A stretch of DNA of 64,000 nucleotides from an uncultured Gemmatimonadales bacterium (GCA_963695185.1 CAVOGH010000002.1:193216-257215); one strand, 5' to 3'; positions 23,863-34,164 are shown, counted from the stretch's first letter. Translations and numbers: made by a program. Notes: a model not told the origin generated them from the sequence alone.

Positions 23863-26061
23863 GATGTCGGGCCGGGGTGGGATTCGAGGATACCGCGGAG
23901 GAACTGGCGGCAGGCCGCCACGTTGGAGAGGCGCACCCGCGCGATGCTGGGCTTGGGCCCGACGTGTACCGACAGGCCGTCCTCCGGCAGGGCGGCGAAC
24001 ATGTCCTCATCGGTGGTGTCGTCTCCGACGGCCATCACCAGGGTACCTGGCCGGATAGTCTCCAGCAGGCGGGTCACGATGACCCCCTTGTGGATCCCGG
24101 CCGGGCGGATTTCGATGACCTTCTCGCCCCGCAGCACATCTACGACCTCCTCGGAGAACCGCCGCCTCGCCTCAGTGACCAGCGCGTCGGCGTTGCGGGC
24201 GGCGGAGTCGGCGGCCCCCAGCCGGAAGTGCCAGGCCAGGCCGCCGGACTTCCGCTCGATATGGGAGCCAGGGGTGAGTTCCGTGAAATGCCGGAACAAC
24301 GCCAGGACGTCGTCGTAGGGCACCGGTTGCGCCGGGTTGCCCCGCTCCCAGACGGCGGCGCCTGGTGCGCGCGACCACAGGCCGTGTTCGGCGTGCAGGC
24401 CCACCGGCAGGTGGCCGACCCAGGCTTCCAGTGTGGTGCGGCCCCGGCCGCTGACCACGTGCACCTGGATCCGGGGCGACGCAACCAGGTCGCGGAGCAG
24501 CTCCAGCAGTTCCTCGTCGGGGATCGCCAGTTCGGGCGTGGGGGCGTATGGCACCAGGGTGCCGTCATAATCCAGCAGCAGCAGCAGTGGCCCGGCCTTG
24601 CGAATCCGCGCCTGAATCGCCTCGACCTCAACCGGTCCCGCTGTGCTCTCCAGGGCGGCAGCCTGGGAGGCAGCCGCGGCCTGCAGCGCGCCCAGGAACG
24701 ATCCCGCCCAGCGGTCAATGCCGCCGGCCTGGACCCGCTCCCGCAGGGCGTGCATCCGGGTACGACGCTCGTGCCGCGGCATCGTGAGCGCGCGGTAGTA
24801 GTCCTCCGCCGATTCGTCGATGTCGTACGGATTGACCTGCACGGCCTCGGCCAGCTCGGCGGCGGCCCCGGCGAACTCGCTCAGCACCAGGACGCCGTCG
24901 CCGTCTACCCGGCTGGCCACGAACTCCTTGGCCACGAGGTTCATGCCGTCCCGGACCGGGGTGACCAGCATGACGTCGGCGTTGCGGTAGAGACTGATGA
25001 GTTCCGACTGAGTGAAGCCGCGGTAGAGGTACTGCACCGGGGTCCAGCCCGGGCTGCCGAAGGTGCCGTTGATCCGGCCGACCATCGCGTCCACGTGCCG
25101 CCGGAACTTCTGGTAGGCCCGCACGCCGGTCCTGGAGGGCACCGCGACCTGGATCAGCGTCACCTGCCCGCGGAGTTCCGGATGCTGGCGCAGCAGCTGT
25201 TCGTAGGCCAGTAGCCGGCGCGGAATGCCCTTGGTGTAGTCGAGGCGGTCAATGCCCACGAGGGTCTTCCCCGGCCCGCCGGGCCCGGCCGGCCGCTCGA
25301 CCCCGAACGGGCCCTCCGCCACCGGCCGCTCGAACCGCGCCACGTCAATCCCCATCGGAAAGACACCGACCCGCGGGGTCCGCGCCTGATACTCGATCTG
25401 TCCCTGCTCCAGCGCGGCGGCCCCCAGCAGACGCCCTGCCGCCGTGGTGAAGTGCTCGGCGTAGGAGGCGGTGTGGAAGCCGATCAGGTCCGCGCCGAGC
25501 AGCCCCTCCAGAAGGAGGTGCCGCGAGGGCAGGATGCGGAAGACCTCGTAGGACGGGAAGGGAATATGGAGGAAGAAGCCGATGCGGACGTCGGGCTGGA
25601 GCTGGCGGAGATGGTGGGGCACCCGCATCAGCTGGTAGTCCTGGATCCAGACGTCGTCGCCGGGACGGGTGTGCGCCGCCACCACCTCGGCGAAACGCCG
25701 GTTGACGGACTCGTACTCCGCCCAGGCGCGCGAGCGCAGTGGCACCTGCTGGATGAGATAATGAAAGAGCGGCCAGATGACGCCGTTGGAGTACCTCTGG
25801 TAGAACCCACGCACTTCGGCGCGCGTCAGGTGCACCGGCACGCAGTGGATCTCCTGCAGTCGGCGCTCGAGGTCTGCCGCCTCCTCCCCGCTCAGCTGTT
25901 CGCCGGCCTGACCGGGCCAGCCGATCCACACCCCGCCCCGGGACTCCTGCAGACCGCGAAGCCCGGTGGCCACGCCACCGACGCTTTCCGGCCAGCGAGA
26001 GCCCCTCGGCGTTGCGGCGGATGGTCACCGGGAGGCGGTTGGAGACGACCACGAGCGCCAT
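23859..26061 (-). pseudogene. otsA: Bifunctional trehalose-6-phosphate synthase/phosphatase (OtsA-OtsB fusion), frame disrupted near 25975-25992
   Basis: MALVVVSNRLPVTIRRNAEGLSLAG... is in ORF 25345..26136, and homology continues as SVGGVATGLRGL..GVWIGWPG in ORF 23859..25973. Also GFFLHIPFP and the C-terminal HAD motif LLLLDYDGTLVP. Confidence 0.85.
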
Positions 26062-26174
26062 CGATTCAGCCCCTCGTCCGAGGCCCGGCGGGCGTAGCGC
26101 GGTTCGCCCTGGCGGCGTATGATCCGTGGCGCTCATCCGGAGCGCGGCCCGCCGGCAGGGAGATTATATCGTTC

Positions 26175-27416
26175 ATGGATTCTCCGATCTTGATGCCCAG
26201 GGATCTGTCGTATGTGATCCTGCTCTTCGTGCTCTTCGTGGTGCCGCGCTTCCTGCAGCGTTACCGGCTCCCGGGCGCGATCACCAGCCTGGCATTGGGC
26301 GTGGCGGCCACGGCCCTGGGCCTGTTCACCCACGATGAGACCATCGCGCTGCTGGCGACGTTCGGCATCGTGGCCCTGTTCCTGTTCGCCGGCCTCGACG
26401 TGGACATCGAGGAGCTGAAGCCCGACGCCCGGGTCCTGGCGCAACACCTTGCCATCTGGACCGTCACCCTGGCGCTGCTCACGGCGGCCGTGGCGCAGGT
26501 TTTCTCGCTGGCCACGCGCGAGGCCTCGCTGGTGGCGCTGGCCCTGCTGACGCCCTCGACCGGGTTCATCCTCGATTCGCTGGAACTGTTCGGCTTATCC
26601 ACCGCCGAGAAACGCTGGACCAAGTCTAAGGCCATCGCCTCGGAACTGCTGGCGCTGCTGGTGATGTTCTTCGCCCTGCAATCCACCTCGGCGCAGCAAC
26701 TCGGCCTGAGCGTGCTGGCACTCACCGGGCTCATCGTGGTGCTGCCGCCGCTGTTCCGCTGGTTCGCCGCCCGGATCTCCCCGTACGCGCCCCGCTCGGA
26801 GTTCGCGTTCCTGCTGATGGTGGCCGTGGTCTGCGCCTCGGCCACCCGCCGGCTGGGAGTGTATTACCTGGTGGGCGCGTTCCTGGTGGGAATCGCCGCC
26901 CGGCAGTTCCGGCAGCGGCTGCCCGCCATGTCGTCCGAGCGCATGCTGGGCGCGGTGGAGGCGTTTGCCTCGTTCTTCGTGCCGTTCTACTTCTTCAAGG
27001 CCGGCCAGGGCGTCAGCCACGGCGAACTGGACCTCACGGCGCTCCTCACCGGGGTAGCGCTCCTGATCACCTGCGTGAGCCTCCGGCTGGGCGAGGTGGC
27101 CCTGCATCGCTGGCTGGCCCTCCGGGAACGGCCCAAGGTCAGCCTTCGAATCGGGGTGGCACTGCTCCCCACGCTGGTCTTCACGCTGGTCATCATCGAC
27201 ATCCTGCGCGAGCGCCCCGGCGTGCCACCCGCCCTTCTCGGGGCACTCGTGCTCTACACCACGTTGATCACCCTGCTGCCGGGACTGATCCTGCGGGTGC
27301 CGGTGGTGGAGTATGCGGTGCCTCACCTCGATCCGCTGTCCACCACACCGCTCGACCTGCCGCTGGACGCGCCTTCCTCGAGCGAGTCCGGGGCACCAGC
27401 CAGTATGCGCCCGTAG
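26175..27416 (+). CDS. Cation:proton antiporter family membrane protein
   Basis: Start taken at MDSPILMPRDLSYVILLFVLFVVPRFLQ. About 11-12 TM segments (LFLFAGLDVDIEELK). The upstream part of ORF 25452..27416 is the antisense shadow of otsAB. Confidence 0.7.
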   Translation: MDSPILMPRDLSYVILLFVLFVVPRFLQRYRLPGAITSLALGVAATALGLFTHDETIALLATFGIVALFLFAGLDVDIEELKPDARVLAQHLAIWTVTLALLTAAVAQVFSLATREASLVALALLTPSTGFILDSLELFGLSTAEKRWTKSKAIASELLALLVMFFALQSTSAQQLGLSVLALTGLIVVLPPLFRWFAARISPYAPRSEFAFLLMVAVVCASATRRLGVYYLVGAFLVGIAARQFRQRLPAMSSERMLGAVEAFASFFVPFYFFKAGQGVSHGELDLTALLTGVALLITCVSLRLGEVALHRWLALRERPKVSLRIGVALLPTLVFTLVIIDILRERPGVPPALLGALVLYTTLITLLPGLILRVPVVEYAVPHLDPLSTTPLDLPLDAPSSSESGAPASMRP

Positions 27417-29230
27417 AGCGCCAGCACGTCGCTGCGGCTCAGCAACCCTTCCAGCCGGCCGCTTTCCCGGTCCACCACCGGTAGGGCCGCGGCGCCGCGA
27501 GCCCCCAGGCGGCGCATCGCCTCCAGCAGCGAATCGGCGCCAGTCAGGGTCTCGGTCGGCTGGGCTGCCTCCCGCGCCTGCAGCTCATGATGCCGCTCCC
27601 GCTCGTCCCGGGCAATCCGCGCCAGGTCGGCCACGCTGAGGACCCCGAGCAGTCCCCGCCGCTGGTCCACCACCGGGAACACATCCTGGGTTCCGGCACC
27701 GAGGTGCATCAGGAACTGGCTCGCGAGGGCCTCGCCGGTGATGACCTCAGGCGAGTGATCGAAGGCGTCCGCCACGCGGAGCCCGGCCATGACGTCGCGG
27801 TCCGCGCCCTGTTCGATATGCTCCCCACGGCGCCGGAGCCAGCCGCTGTACAGGGAATCCCGCTCCAGCCGGCGAGCCACCACGTGGCTCACCACCACCG
27901 ACAGCATCAGCGGCAGCATGATGCTGGAGTTGTCGGTCATCTCCCACACCATCAGGATGCCGGTCATGGGGGCATTCAGCGCCCCCGCGATCACCGACCC
28001 CATGCCCACCAGCGCGTAGGGCTCCGCGCTCAAGTGGAGGCCGGGGAACAGCAGCAGGAGCAGCCCGCCGAAGGCGCTGCCGGCGGCGGCCCCCACGTAG
28101 AGCGACGGGGTAAACAGGCCGCCGGAACCACCGGTGGTGAGGGTGACCGAGGTTGCGAGAATCTTGCCGAGCGCCAGCAGGGCGAGCAGGTACCAGGCCA
28201 GATGCCCGAAGCGGTTGAGCGGGATGGCGACATGGCCCGAGCCCACCAGCAGGCCGCGGGAGAGAAACGCCATCCCGCCCACGAAGATCCCCCCGGCCAG
28301 GGCGAGCCACACCCGCGGCACGGTGCGCCGATGCACCCACTGCTCGGTCCCGAAATAGACCCGCACGAACAGCACCGAGAGCAGCCCCGTCAGCAAGCCG
28401 AGCAGCGGGTAGAACAGGGCTACCTCGCGGGTGAAGAGATAGCCCTGGTCGAGCTCTACCGGGAACACCGGGTGGTTGCCGAAGACCGAACGTGACACCA
28501 CCGCCGCCACCACGCTGCTCACCACCACCGGTGCGAAGGCCCCGATGCTGAACGAGCCGAGGATCTCCTCCAGCGCAAAGAAGGCGCCGGCGAGGGGGGC
28601 GTTGAAGGCGGCGGAAATGCCGGCGGCGGCACCAGCCCCGACCAGCACGCCGGTGCGCGCCCCCGAAAACCGGAAGGCCCGGCCCAGCCGGGAGGCGATC
28701 AGCGCCCCGAACACCGCCACTGGCCCCTCGCTGCCCGCCGAACCGCCACTCCCGATGGTGACGGCACTGGCCGCGGTGCGGGCCAGCGCCGGTTGGGTGG
28801 GAATGTTCCCCTCACGCCGCAGCACCGCCAGCTGCACATCGGGCACGTTCAGCCCATCGTGGCCCTGGGCGAAGCGCTGCATCACCCAGAACGCCGCCAC
28901 CGCGCCGGCGCCGGTGAGAATGGGGCGGTAGGCCAGCTGGCCGAGCACGGGCAGCACCGACTCGGGCCAGTCGAAGAACGCCCCATGGGCCAGGTCGATG
29001 AGCTTGTAGAAGCCGACGACGCCGAGCGCCCCGGCCAGGCCGATGACGACGGCAAAGCCGATCAGGATGCTGTTCTCGCTCAACTCGCGGCCGTTGAACC
29101 AGTCCACGGCATCGTCCCAGGCTCCCTGCGCGGCGTTGACTGGGCCGTAGGTGGTGCGCCGGGCCTGTGCCGCGAGGCGGCGGAGCCGCCGACGGGTGCT
29201 GCGCCAGCTGAGGAGCGGCCAAGTTGCCAT
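27323..29230 (-). CDS. ClC-type chloride channel with C-terminal CBS pair
   Basis: GSGGSAGSEGP, GAPLAGAFFALEE, GGLFTPSL, then two CBS-like segments. Start set at MATWPLLSW because the longer ORF would translate the AT-rich palindrome at 29286-29295. Confidence 0.8.
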   Translation of the reverse strand: MATWPLLSWRSTRRRLRRLAAQARRTTYGPVNAAQGAWDDAVDWFNGRELSENSILIGFAVVIGLAGALGVVGFYKLIDLAHGAFFDWPESVLPVLGQLAYRPILTGAGAVAAFWVMQRFAQGHDGLNVPDVQLAVLRREGNIPTQPALARTAASAVTIGSGGSAGSEGPVAVFGALIASRLGRAFRFSGARTGVLVGAGAAAGISAAFNAPLAGAFFALEEILGSFSIGAFAPVVVSSVVAAVVSRSVFGNHPVFPVELDQGYLFTREVALFYPLLGLLTGLLSVLFVRVYFGTEQWVHRRTVPRVWLALAGGIFVGGMAFLSRGLLVGSGHVAIPLNRFGHLAWYLLALLALGKILATSVTLTTGGSGGLFTPSLYVGAAAGSAFGGLLLLLFPGLHLSAEPYALVGMGSVIAGALNAPMTGILMVWEMTDNSSIMLPLMLSVVVSHVVARRLERDSLYSGWLRRRGEHIEQGADRDVMAGLRVADAFDHSPEVITGEALASQFLMHLGAGTQDVFPVVDQRRGLLGVLSVADLARIARDERERHHELQAREAAQPTETLTGADSLLEAMRRLGARGAAALPVVDRESGRLEGLLSRSDVLALYGRILAGAPDSLEEGASSGRSSGVVDSGSR

Positions 29231-29285
29231 GGGGCGGGAGCAGTCCGGCGGCAGAGCGGTTGACGGAATGGGGGCGGGTACTAGT

Positions 29286-29295
29286 TTGATATCAA
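29286..29295. promoter_or_regulatory. Perfect 10-bp palindrome TTGATATCAA in the ClC/MarR divergent intergenic region (candidate MarR operator)
   Basis: An AT-rich island (actagtttgatatcaatatacc) in otherwise GC-rich DNA, between divergent starts. Confidence 0.45.
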
Positions 29296-29328
29296 TATAC
29301 CAACTCACTCCACAGGCGCCACTTCCCG

Positions 29329-29832
29329 ATGAGTCCCACCCCCCGAAAGCGGCGCCCGGCCGCCCTCCCCCTGCCCGACGAAGCCATGGATATCGTCAAT
29401 GGGCTCAGGCGAATCGTCCGCGCGATCGAGCTGTACTCGCAGGAGATCTATAAGTCCTTCGGCCTGACCGGCCCGCAGCTCTGGGTTCTCAAGACCCTGA
29501 GCCGGCGCGGGCCGCTGGCCACGACCGACCTGGCCCGGGCGCTGGCGGTGCAACCGAGCACCCTGTCGGTGCTGGTGGACCGGCTGGTCAAGCGGGGGCT
29601 GGTACGGCGCCACCGGCCCCGCGAGGACCGGCGATTCGTGGAGCTGGAACTCACGGCTGAGGGCGTGGCGCTGGCGGCGCGGGCGCCCGAGCCGGCGCAG
29701 GGCCGGCTGCTCCACGGGCTGCGTGAACTCAGCCCGCGCCAGGTCCATGCCATCCGCGCGTCGGTGCAGCGCCTGGTGGAGATGATGGAGGCGACCGACA
29801 TGGAGGCCCGGTTCTTCTTCTCCGACGACTAG
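29329..29832 (+). CDS. MarR family transcriptional regulator
   Basis: LTGPQLWVLKTLSRRGPLATTDLARALAVQPSTLSVLVDRLVKRGLVRRHRPREDRRFVELELTAEG is a winged-helix MarR signature. An alternative start is MDIVNG at 29386. Confidence 0.85.
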   Translation: MSPTPRKRRPAALPLPDEAMDIVNGLRRIVRAIELYSQEIYKSFGLTGPQLWVLKTLSRRGPLATTDLARALAVQPSTLSVLVDRLVKRGLVRRHRPREDRRFVELELTAEGVALAARAPEPAQGRLLHGLRELSPRQVHAIRASVQRLVEMMEATDMEARFFFSDD

Positions 29833-29845
29833 GCCTCCCCGCCGG

Positions 29846-30925
29846 TCAGGCGGCCCGGGACTTCCCCTCTCCCCCACCCTCCTGGCGGACGTATACCGTC
29901 CGGGTGGGATAGGCGAACTCGATCCCTTCCCGCTCAAAGCGGGTAAAGATCTCCAGGTTGACCCGCTGCTGAGTGTCCATGTAGCGGTTGTAATCGGGAT
30001 CCAGCACGAAGTAGACGATCTCGAAGGTCATGGCGGAGTCGTCGTAGCTCTTGAAATGGGCCCGGTCGAAGCGTACCCCGGCCTGGGACGCCACCGCCTC
30101 CTGCAGGATCCGCGGGATCTCGACCAGCTTGCGCGCCGGCGTCTGGTAGGTCACCCCCACCGTGAACAGGATGCGCCGCTCGGACATCCGCTTGAAGTTG
30201 CGGATCCGGCTGCCCAGCAGGTCGGAGTTGGAGAAGACCAGCTGCTCACCGGAGAGGCTCCGCAGCCGGGTGGTCTTGACCCCGACGTGCTCCACGGTGC
30301 CCATGAGGTCGCCCACCACGATGAAGTCGCCCACCACGAATGGCTTGTCCAGCACGATGGCGAGCGAGGCGAAGAGGTCGCCCAGCACGCTCTGGGCGGC
30401 CAGGGCGATGGCCACGCCGCCGATGCCGAGGCCGGCCACCAGGGCGCTGATGTTGACACCGAGGTTGTCGAGGGCGAGGAGCACCAGCACCACCCACATC
30501 GCTCCCCGCGCCAGGATGGTCAGGCCGTTGAGGGTGGTGGCCGATGAGGGATCGGCCCTGCGCAGCTGGGCCACCCGGGCCTCCAGCACATGGGCGATCA
30601 GGATGTTGCCCCAGATGGCCAGCTGCACGCCCGCCACCAGCACGGTGACGATGCGCGCGACGTTCTGGACGGCGGCGGAGGCGTCCAGCATGGCCAGCAG
30701 CGGCCACAGGGCGACGACCGCCATGGCAAGGGTCTTGGTGTGCTGGACCAGCAGCACGAAGAGATCGTCTACCCGGTTGGCGGTCCGGGCGGCGAGCGCA
30801 CCCAGGCGGCGGACCAGGAGCCCGCGGACCAGCCACAGCGCGCCCAGGGTGGCGGCGGCGACCCCGAGGGCCCGGGCCCACAGGGCGAGGGTGTTGCCGA
30901 GGAAAACCACGTCGGAAAACGGCAT
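29846..30925 (-). CDS. Mechanosensitive ion channel (MscS family)
   Basis: TM3-beta domain signature GVAIALAAQSVLGDLFASLAIVLDKPFVVGDFIVVGDLMGTVEHVGVKTTRLRSLSGEQLVFSNS. Confidence 0.85.
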   Translation of the reverse strand: MPFSDVVFLGNTLALWARALGVAAATLGALWLVRGLLVRRLGALAARTANRVDDLFVLLVQHTKTLAMAVVALWPLLAMLDASAAVQNVARIVTVLVAGVQLAIWGNILIAHVLEARVAQLRRADPSSATTLNGLTILARGAMWVVLVLLALDNLGVNISALVAGLGIGGVAIALAAQSVLGDLFASLAIVLDKPFVVGDFIVVGDLMGTVEHVGVKTTRLRSLSGEQLVFSNSDLLGSRIRNFKRMSERRILFTVGVTYQTPARKLVEIPRILQEAVASQAGVRFDRAHFKSYDDSAMTFEIVYFVLDPDYNRYMDTQQRVNLEIFTRFEREGIEFAYPTRTVYVRQEGGGEGKSRAA

Positions 30926-31034
30926 CGGTGCAGCTCCTCCGGTCGAGGCGGTCAGGTTGCGGTCAGGTTAAGGCACGGCGGGGGTCCGTCCGAAGACGGA
31001 CCCCCGCCGGGATGAACCGAGTTCGGGGTGTGCC

Positions 31035-31673
31035 CTACCGATTGGCCATCGGCCGGATCAGCGACTCGAACCCTGCCACCGGGGTGTACTCGGTGCGCCG
31101 GTTCATCTTCCAGGCACTCTCGTCATGACCCACGACGAGCGGCCGCTCCTCCCCAAGGGACACCACCTCGATGCGAGCCGGGGCGATCCCCATGTTGACA
31201 AGATAGGTCCTTGCCGAGGCTGCCCGACGGGCGCCCAGCGCGAGGTTGTATTCGTCTGACCCCCGCTCATCTGCGTGTCCGGCGATCCGGATGGTGAGAC
31301 CGGTGTTGGCTTTGAGGATGGCGACCTTGCGAGCCAGCGCCGGCCGGTCCTGGGTCCGGATGTCGGAGCGGTCGAAGTCGAAGAAGGTCCGCTGCCCCAG
31401 GGTATCCCGCAGGGCCATGCGCATCCGGTCCAGCCGGGCTGCCTCGTCGCGAGCCAGCTGGTCGGCCCGGGCCCGCTCCGCCTTGGCGATCGAGTCGGCT
31501 CGCGCCATCGCGGCCCGACGAGCGGCGTCCGCGGCGGCGATCGAGTCGGCCCGGGCGCGGGCCGCGTAGTCCTCGGTGGGCGCCGGCGCGGGCGCCTGCA
31601 CCACCGGGGTATTGCCACCGCAGCCAACCGCAGCGACCAGTCCCAGCACGACGGCAAGATTCCGAATTCGCAT
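31035..31673 (-). CDS. pal: OmpA-family peptidoglycan-associated lipoprotein (Pal-like)
   Basis: Lipobox LVAAVGC, an Ala/Arg-rich coiled linker, and an OmpA_C domain (FFDFDRSDI...GHADERGSDEYNLALGARRAASARTYL...NRRTEY). Confidence 0.75.
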   Translation of the reverse strand: MRIRNLAVVLGLVAAVGCGGNTPVVQAPAPAPTEDYAARARADSIAAADAARRAAMARADSIAKAERARADQLARDEAARLDRMRMALRDTLGQRTFFDFDRSDIRTQDRPALARKVAILKANTGLTIRIAGHADERGSDEYNLALGARRAASARTYLVNMGIAPARIEVVSLGEERPLVVGHDESAWKMNRRTEYTPVAGFESLIRPMANR

Positions 31674-31855
31674 GCATCCTCCCCTTGAAAGTGAACACCG
31701 GGGGAAATCCGCGCGAATCGGCGCCCGCCACCAACCGGGACCTGCCGGCGGGCCGAGTGCCCGTCCGAGTCCCTGGGGCAGCCACCCAGCGCTGCGCCCC
31801 GGTTTATGTTTAGCTATGAATATGGATATGAAAGTAATTGGTCGGACGCCCGTTG

Positions 31856-32554
31856 TCAACCGCGGCCGACACCGCCCACCATCGGGCGAAAGCGGGGATC
31901 GCCGGCGTGGTAGTCCTCGGCCCGGGCCACATCCGGGTTGAGCCACTCGATCACCGCGGCGTGGCCCAGGCTCTCGGGGTCGTGCGCCAGGTAGGCCGTC
32001 GTCACCGCCAGCACCCGGAAGCCGCGGCGGAGCTGGAAGGTGAGGGTGGGATCGGTGAGGTCGCCACGCACCACGCCGGTCACGTACTCCTCGGGGCTGT
32101 AGCGGTCGGCAAAGGCGTGATACCCGCGGAGCCGAGCGCCGGCCCGGATCCGGAGCAGCCCGAGGTGGCGGGCCAGCGCCTCACGCGCAGCGTAGAACTG
32201 CTTCCCCACCCCGCGCCCCTGCCAGGCGGGATGCACCATGATCTCGGCGCCGTAGAGGGTGCGGCCCCGCTCCGGGTCGTGGTTGGTGAAGGTCCCCCGG
32301 GCGGTGAGCTCCCGCCAGCCGGTATCGAAGGTGTAGTCGTCCCACTGCACGATCAGGCTGGCGGCAAAGCCGATCAGCTGCCCCCCTTCCACCGCCAGCG
32401 CCACCCACTGCCCGTCGGGAAAAAGCCGGTGGTGCGATGCCAGCTGGGCCTCGGTCCATGGCGGCGAGTCCGGATACACCGCCAGACACAGGGCGATGAT
32501 GCCGGCGAAATCAGCCGGCTCGGTGTTCCGGACCATCGCGGCCGGCTGGCTCAT
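31856..32554 (-). CDS. GNAT family N-acetyltransferase
   Basis: MVHPAWQGRGVGKQFY acetyl-CoA binding motif. Start at MSQPAAM, with an ATGA overlap with the hydrolase gene. Confidence 0.75.
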   Translation of the reverse strand: MSQPAAMVRNTEPADFAGIIALCLAVYPDSPPWTEAQLASHHRLFPDGQWVALAVEGGQLIGFAASLIVQWDDYTFDTGWRELTARGTFTNHDPERGRTLYGAEIMVHPAWQGRGVGKQFYAAREALARHLGLLRIRAGARLRGYHAFADRYSPEEYVTGVVRGDLTDPTLTFQLRRGFRVLAVTTAYLAHDPESLGHAAVIEWLNPDVARAEDYHAGDPRFRPMVGGVGRG

Positions 32555-33441
32555 ACCTTCACCACCTCCGGGCGGGCCACCAGCGAGGAGGTGCGCGCGC
32601 TGTCGTGCAGCGGCAGCACGGTGCCGCTGGCGCGGGTCTCGACGATGGTCTTCAGGTTGAGCTCGCCGATCACCATCATCTCCTGGTTGGAATTCCCCTC
32701 CGCCAGGATCCCGTCGCGCGAGAAGGAGAAGTCGCTGGGCGTCAGGATCGAGGCCTGGCCGTAGTTGAGCGACACCGCGGGCACCATCGGCAGCGAACCG
32801 ACGGTGCAGGCGCAAATGACATACATCTGGTTCTCGATGGCGCGGGCATGGGCGCAGTAGCGCACCCGGTAGAACCCCTGGCGGTCATCGGTGCAGCTCG
32901 GCACCACCAGGATGTGGGCGTCCTGCCCGGGCGGCCGCCCGGGCGATCTCGGGAAACTCCACGTCGTAGCAGACGGCGATGGCCACCCGACCGAACTCGG
33001 TCTCGAACACCCGCAGGGTCGAGCCGGGGGACACGAACCAGTCCTCGGTCTCGAAGCGGGTCATGTGCAGCTTCCGCTGGACCCCGATCCCACCGCCCGG
33101 GCCGAAGAACATGGACTGGTTGTACACCACCTCCCCGCCCTCCGGCATCACCGGGATGGTGCCGCCGACGATGTAGCAGCTGGTGGCGCCGGGCCAGGCT
33201 GCTCATCAGCTCGATGAAGCGGTCGGCCTGCCCGGCGAGGTCGCGGACCTGCTCGCGGATCGGCCGGCGGACGTTCGCCCAGGGTCAGCAGCTGAATGGT
33301 GAAGTACTCGGGGAAGACCAGCAGGTGGCACTTGTAGTCCACCGCGGTCTCCACCAGGGCCTCCACCTGGTCGCGGAACTGGTCGAAGGTCTTGACCGGC
33401 CGGATGTAGTACTGCAGCGTGGCAACCCGGATTCTCTCCAT
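32551..33441 (-). pseudogene. Carbon-nitrogen hydrolase (nitrilase superfamily), three frame disruptions (about 33275-33280, 33176-33182, 32915-32925)
   Basis: Homology runs MERIRVATLQYY...LLVFPEYF (frame a), then ANVRRPIREQVRDLAGQADRFIELMSSLARRHQL (frame b). It continues as YIVGGTIPVMPEGGEVVYNQSMFFGPGG...GRVAIAVCYDVEFPEIARAAARAG (frame c), then AHILVVPSCTDDRQGFYRVRYCAHARAIENQMYVI... (back in frame a). The catalytic E, K-region and C (VCYD) are all present. Confidence 0.8.
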
Positions 33442-33651
33442 GCTGCTCCTTGATCGGTCGAGTGCCGTCGCCGGCCAGGGCGCGGGGGTGCCGGGCGGAC
33501 GCGGGCGTGACCGGCCCCAGCCGACTGGCTGCGCATGGGGTTGATCTGCCGCCGGGCGGCGCACGGAACGTAACACCCAGCGGCACCCGGGCCGGGGCGC
33601 GAGTCGGGACCGGCGGCGGGCTGACCCCGCACGCCACCTGCCCGCGGGACG

Positions 33652-34071
33652 CTAGATCTTCGTCAGCGTGATCGTCACCGGGTTCCCGTCAATGGATCCG
33701 GTGAGCGTGGCGGTCGTCCCCTGGAGGGTGAAGTTCAGGGTGACTTCGTCCGGATCCCCGGGATCGAACGTGATCGTCGAGCCCGTCTGCGAGTAGGGGC
33801 CCGAGTCGGTGCAGTCGGGGTCGGGATCGCAGATCCCGATCAGGTCGTTGGTGACGTCGAAGGTGTAGGTGCCGCCGGACAGCGACATCGAGAAGGTCAT
33901 GCCATCGGCGATGACATCGGTTCCCATGACCATGAAACTGGTCACGTCCCAGTCTCCGCTCAGCGAGTTGCTGGGGCCATTGCCGCCATCCGAACTGCAG
34001 CCGGTGAGCGCCGGGGTAAGGCTTGCGGAGAGACAGAGTCCGGCGACAAGTAGTGACCGAGGGATACGCAT
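33652..34071 (-). CDS. Small lipoprotein of unknown function
   Basis: Signal and lipobox LTPALTGC; Gly/Thr/Asp-rich mature part. Good GC3 bias. Confidence 0.6.
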   Translation of the reverse strand: MRIPRSLLVAGLCLSASLTPALTGCSSDGGNGPSNSLSGDWDVTSFMVMGTDVIADGMTFSMSLSGGTYTFDVTNDLIGICDPDPDCTDSGPYSQTGSTITFDPGDPDEVTLNFTLQGTTATLTGSIDGNPVTITLTKI

Positions 34072-34164
34072 GGGACCTCCTGCGTGTGCACACGTGAAGC
34101 GTGAAGAAGGAATCCTCCTGGAGATCGTCCCGCTTCGGCAAGATCGGGCGGGAACGGGGTCGGG

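Noticed and set aside
27323-27416. A 94-nt tail-to-tail overlap of the antiporter (plus) and ClC channel (minus) coding regions.
   Set aside because: Both overlapping tails are low-complexity extensions beyond the conserved domains. Given the indel problem in this sequence, one tail may be artificially extended, and there is no evidence of function.
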